The notes under the pieces are model-generated. The model saw nothing but the letters and a program-made list of their open reading frames with translations. It made no database searches and was not told the DNA's origin. 64,000 bases of DNA. It comes from a virus. Below are positions 63,216 through 64,000 of this stretch, in pieces. The stretch lies in the IMG/VR virus record IMGVR_UViG_3300008119_000003, positions 32,001 to 96,000 of that record. One strand, written 5' to 3'. Positions within the stretch are counted from its first letter, which is position 1. The number at the start of each line of letters is the position of its first letter. The position numbers and the translations under genes were made by a program.

Positions 63216-64000
63216 ACTATAATTACACTCTTAAATATAGAACTTTTGAATCACTACTTGAAGATGTCAAGCTTGATTTAAAAAGTTTAGTTACTGACGG
63301 AAGTATAGATCCTTCACAGTTAATTAAAGTAGCTACACGTATTAATTACGATCTTGGTCTACGTATATACATGACTAAGGAGAGACTACTTATTGTAGAG
63401 AAGGGCCGTGTACGTTTACCGGATGATTTTTATGTAATGAACTTTGCATTAGTATGCGGGGAATATACAGAAGATGTATCAATGCCGCAAGGTACTAATG
63501 TCCAACAAGTTACGCCAGAATGGAGACCGTGGGTAGAAGCTAACTATTGCTCAGATATATCATTACCGTCTCAACCTGTATGTTTAACTCAGTGCGGAAC
63601 TGAATATCAGTTAGTACAAATTGTCAATAAACAGACTAGAACTTACAAGTTGTTTTCTCCAATTAGATTTAGAAACTCCCAGTTTGTAGATTGTGAATGC
63701 CCCAACTTACAGGCTAGCTGGGCAAGAGACGAAGCTTATATTAAAGATGGTTGGATTTATACCAACTTTAAAGAAGGTAAGTTATATATTAATTATCAAG
63801 GAACTCTAGAAGATGCTGACGGACATTTAATGGTTCCTGATCATCCTTATCTTAACGAGTATTATGAATACGGATTAAAGAAACGTATTCTAGAAAACTT
63901 AGTGATGGATGGTGTAAACGTAGCAGCACAAATTCAATTAGTTGCGCAAGAATATCGTGCAGCAAGAAATAATGCTCTTACCGTAGTTAATACTCCAAAC
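63212..64000 (+). CDS. Putative tail ring or structural protein, 3' end outside the window
   Basis: Manual translation from ATG 63212: MNYNYTLKYRTFESLLEDVKLDL...RLPDDFY...IYTNFKEGKLYINYQG...VPDHPY; open to the window end. Confidence 0.65.
   Translation, partial: MNYNYTLKYRTFESLLEDVKLDLKSLVTDGSIDPSQLIKVATRINYDLGLRIYMTKERLLIVEKGRVRLPDDFYVMNFALVCGEYTEDVSMPQGTNVQQVTPEWRPWVEANYCSDISLPSQPVCLTQCGTEYQLVQIVNKQTRTYKLFSPIRFRNSQFVDCECPNLQASWARDEAYIKDGWIYTNFKEGKLYINYQGTLEDADGHLMVPDHPYLNEYYEYGLKKRILENLVMDGVNVAAQIQLVAQEYRAARNNALTVVNTPN

Noticed and set aside
1-64000. Stop-codon reassignment, introns or inteins as seen in some crAss-like phages
   Set aside because: Genes are full length and densely packed in the standard code with TAA, TAG and TGA all used as stops; TerL, portal, MCP, helicases and primase show no obvious insertions, and no suppressor tRNA was seen.
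1-64000. Prophage, integrase, reverse transcriptase or diversity-generating retroelement
   Set aside because: No integrase, reverse transcriptase, host genes or template/variable repeat pair was recognised in this window.

Overview
This 64 kb window is a segment of a lytic dsDNA phage genome, crAss-like (Crassvirales-type) and most likely infecting an environmental Bacteroidota host: TAnnTTTG -7 promoter boxes, A-rich leaders without Shine-Dalgarno sites, standard genetic code. It has two divergent arms. The left arm (1 to ~29.7 kb, almost all minus strand) carries early and replication/recombination genes: PD-(D/E)XK exonuclease, MoxR-like AAA+ ATPase with a metallopeptidase-vWA partner, GIY-YIG nuclease, primase, SSB-like protein, Sak4-like ATPase, DnaB-like helicase, UDG, ClpS, SF2 helicase, HNH, metallophosphoesterase, a DUF2828/TROVE-like vWA protein and many small ORFs. 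The right arm (30.5 to 64 kb, plus strand) is the virion module: GroES-like protein, fibre-like proteins, HU/IHF-like proteins, exonuclease, putative TerS, PhoH, TerL, portal, scaffold-like protein, major capsid protein, a cluster of small Lys-rich proteins, ring proteins, a ferritin-like protein and Cys-rich structural proteins. The strongest novel candidate is a tandem array of 3-4 covarying structured RNA elements with an invariant CAGCA motif directly upstream of the Ro60/TROVE-like gene (25.7-26.0 kb), suggesting a phage Ro-like protein plus Y-like RNA system. Other leads: BRCT-like paralogues around the MoxR-vWA pair, a possible 20-nt translational hop in a Cys-rich virion gene, a dense palindrome array at the arm junction, and a repeated early-promoter-like motif in front of three genes with SSB-like acidic-PF tails. 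All family names come from motif recognition by eye, not from database searches.
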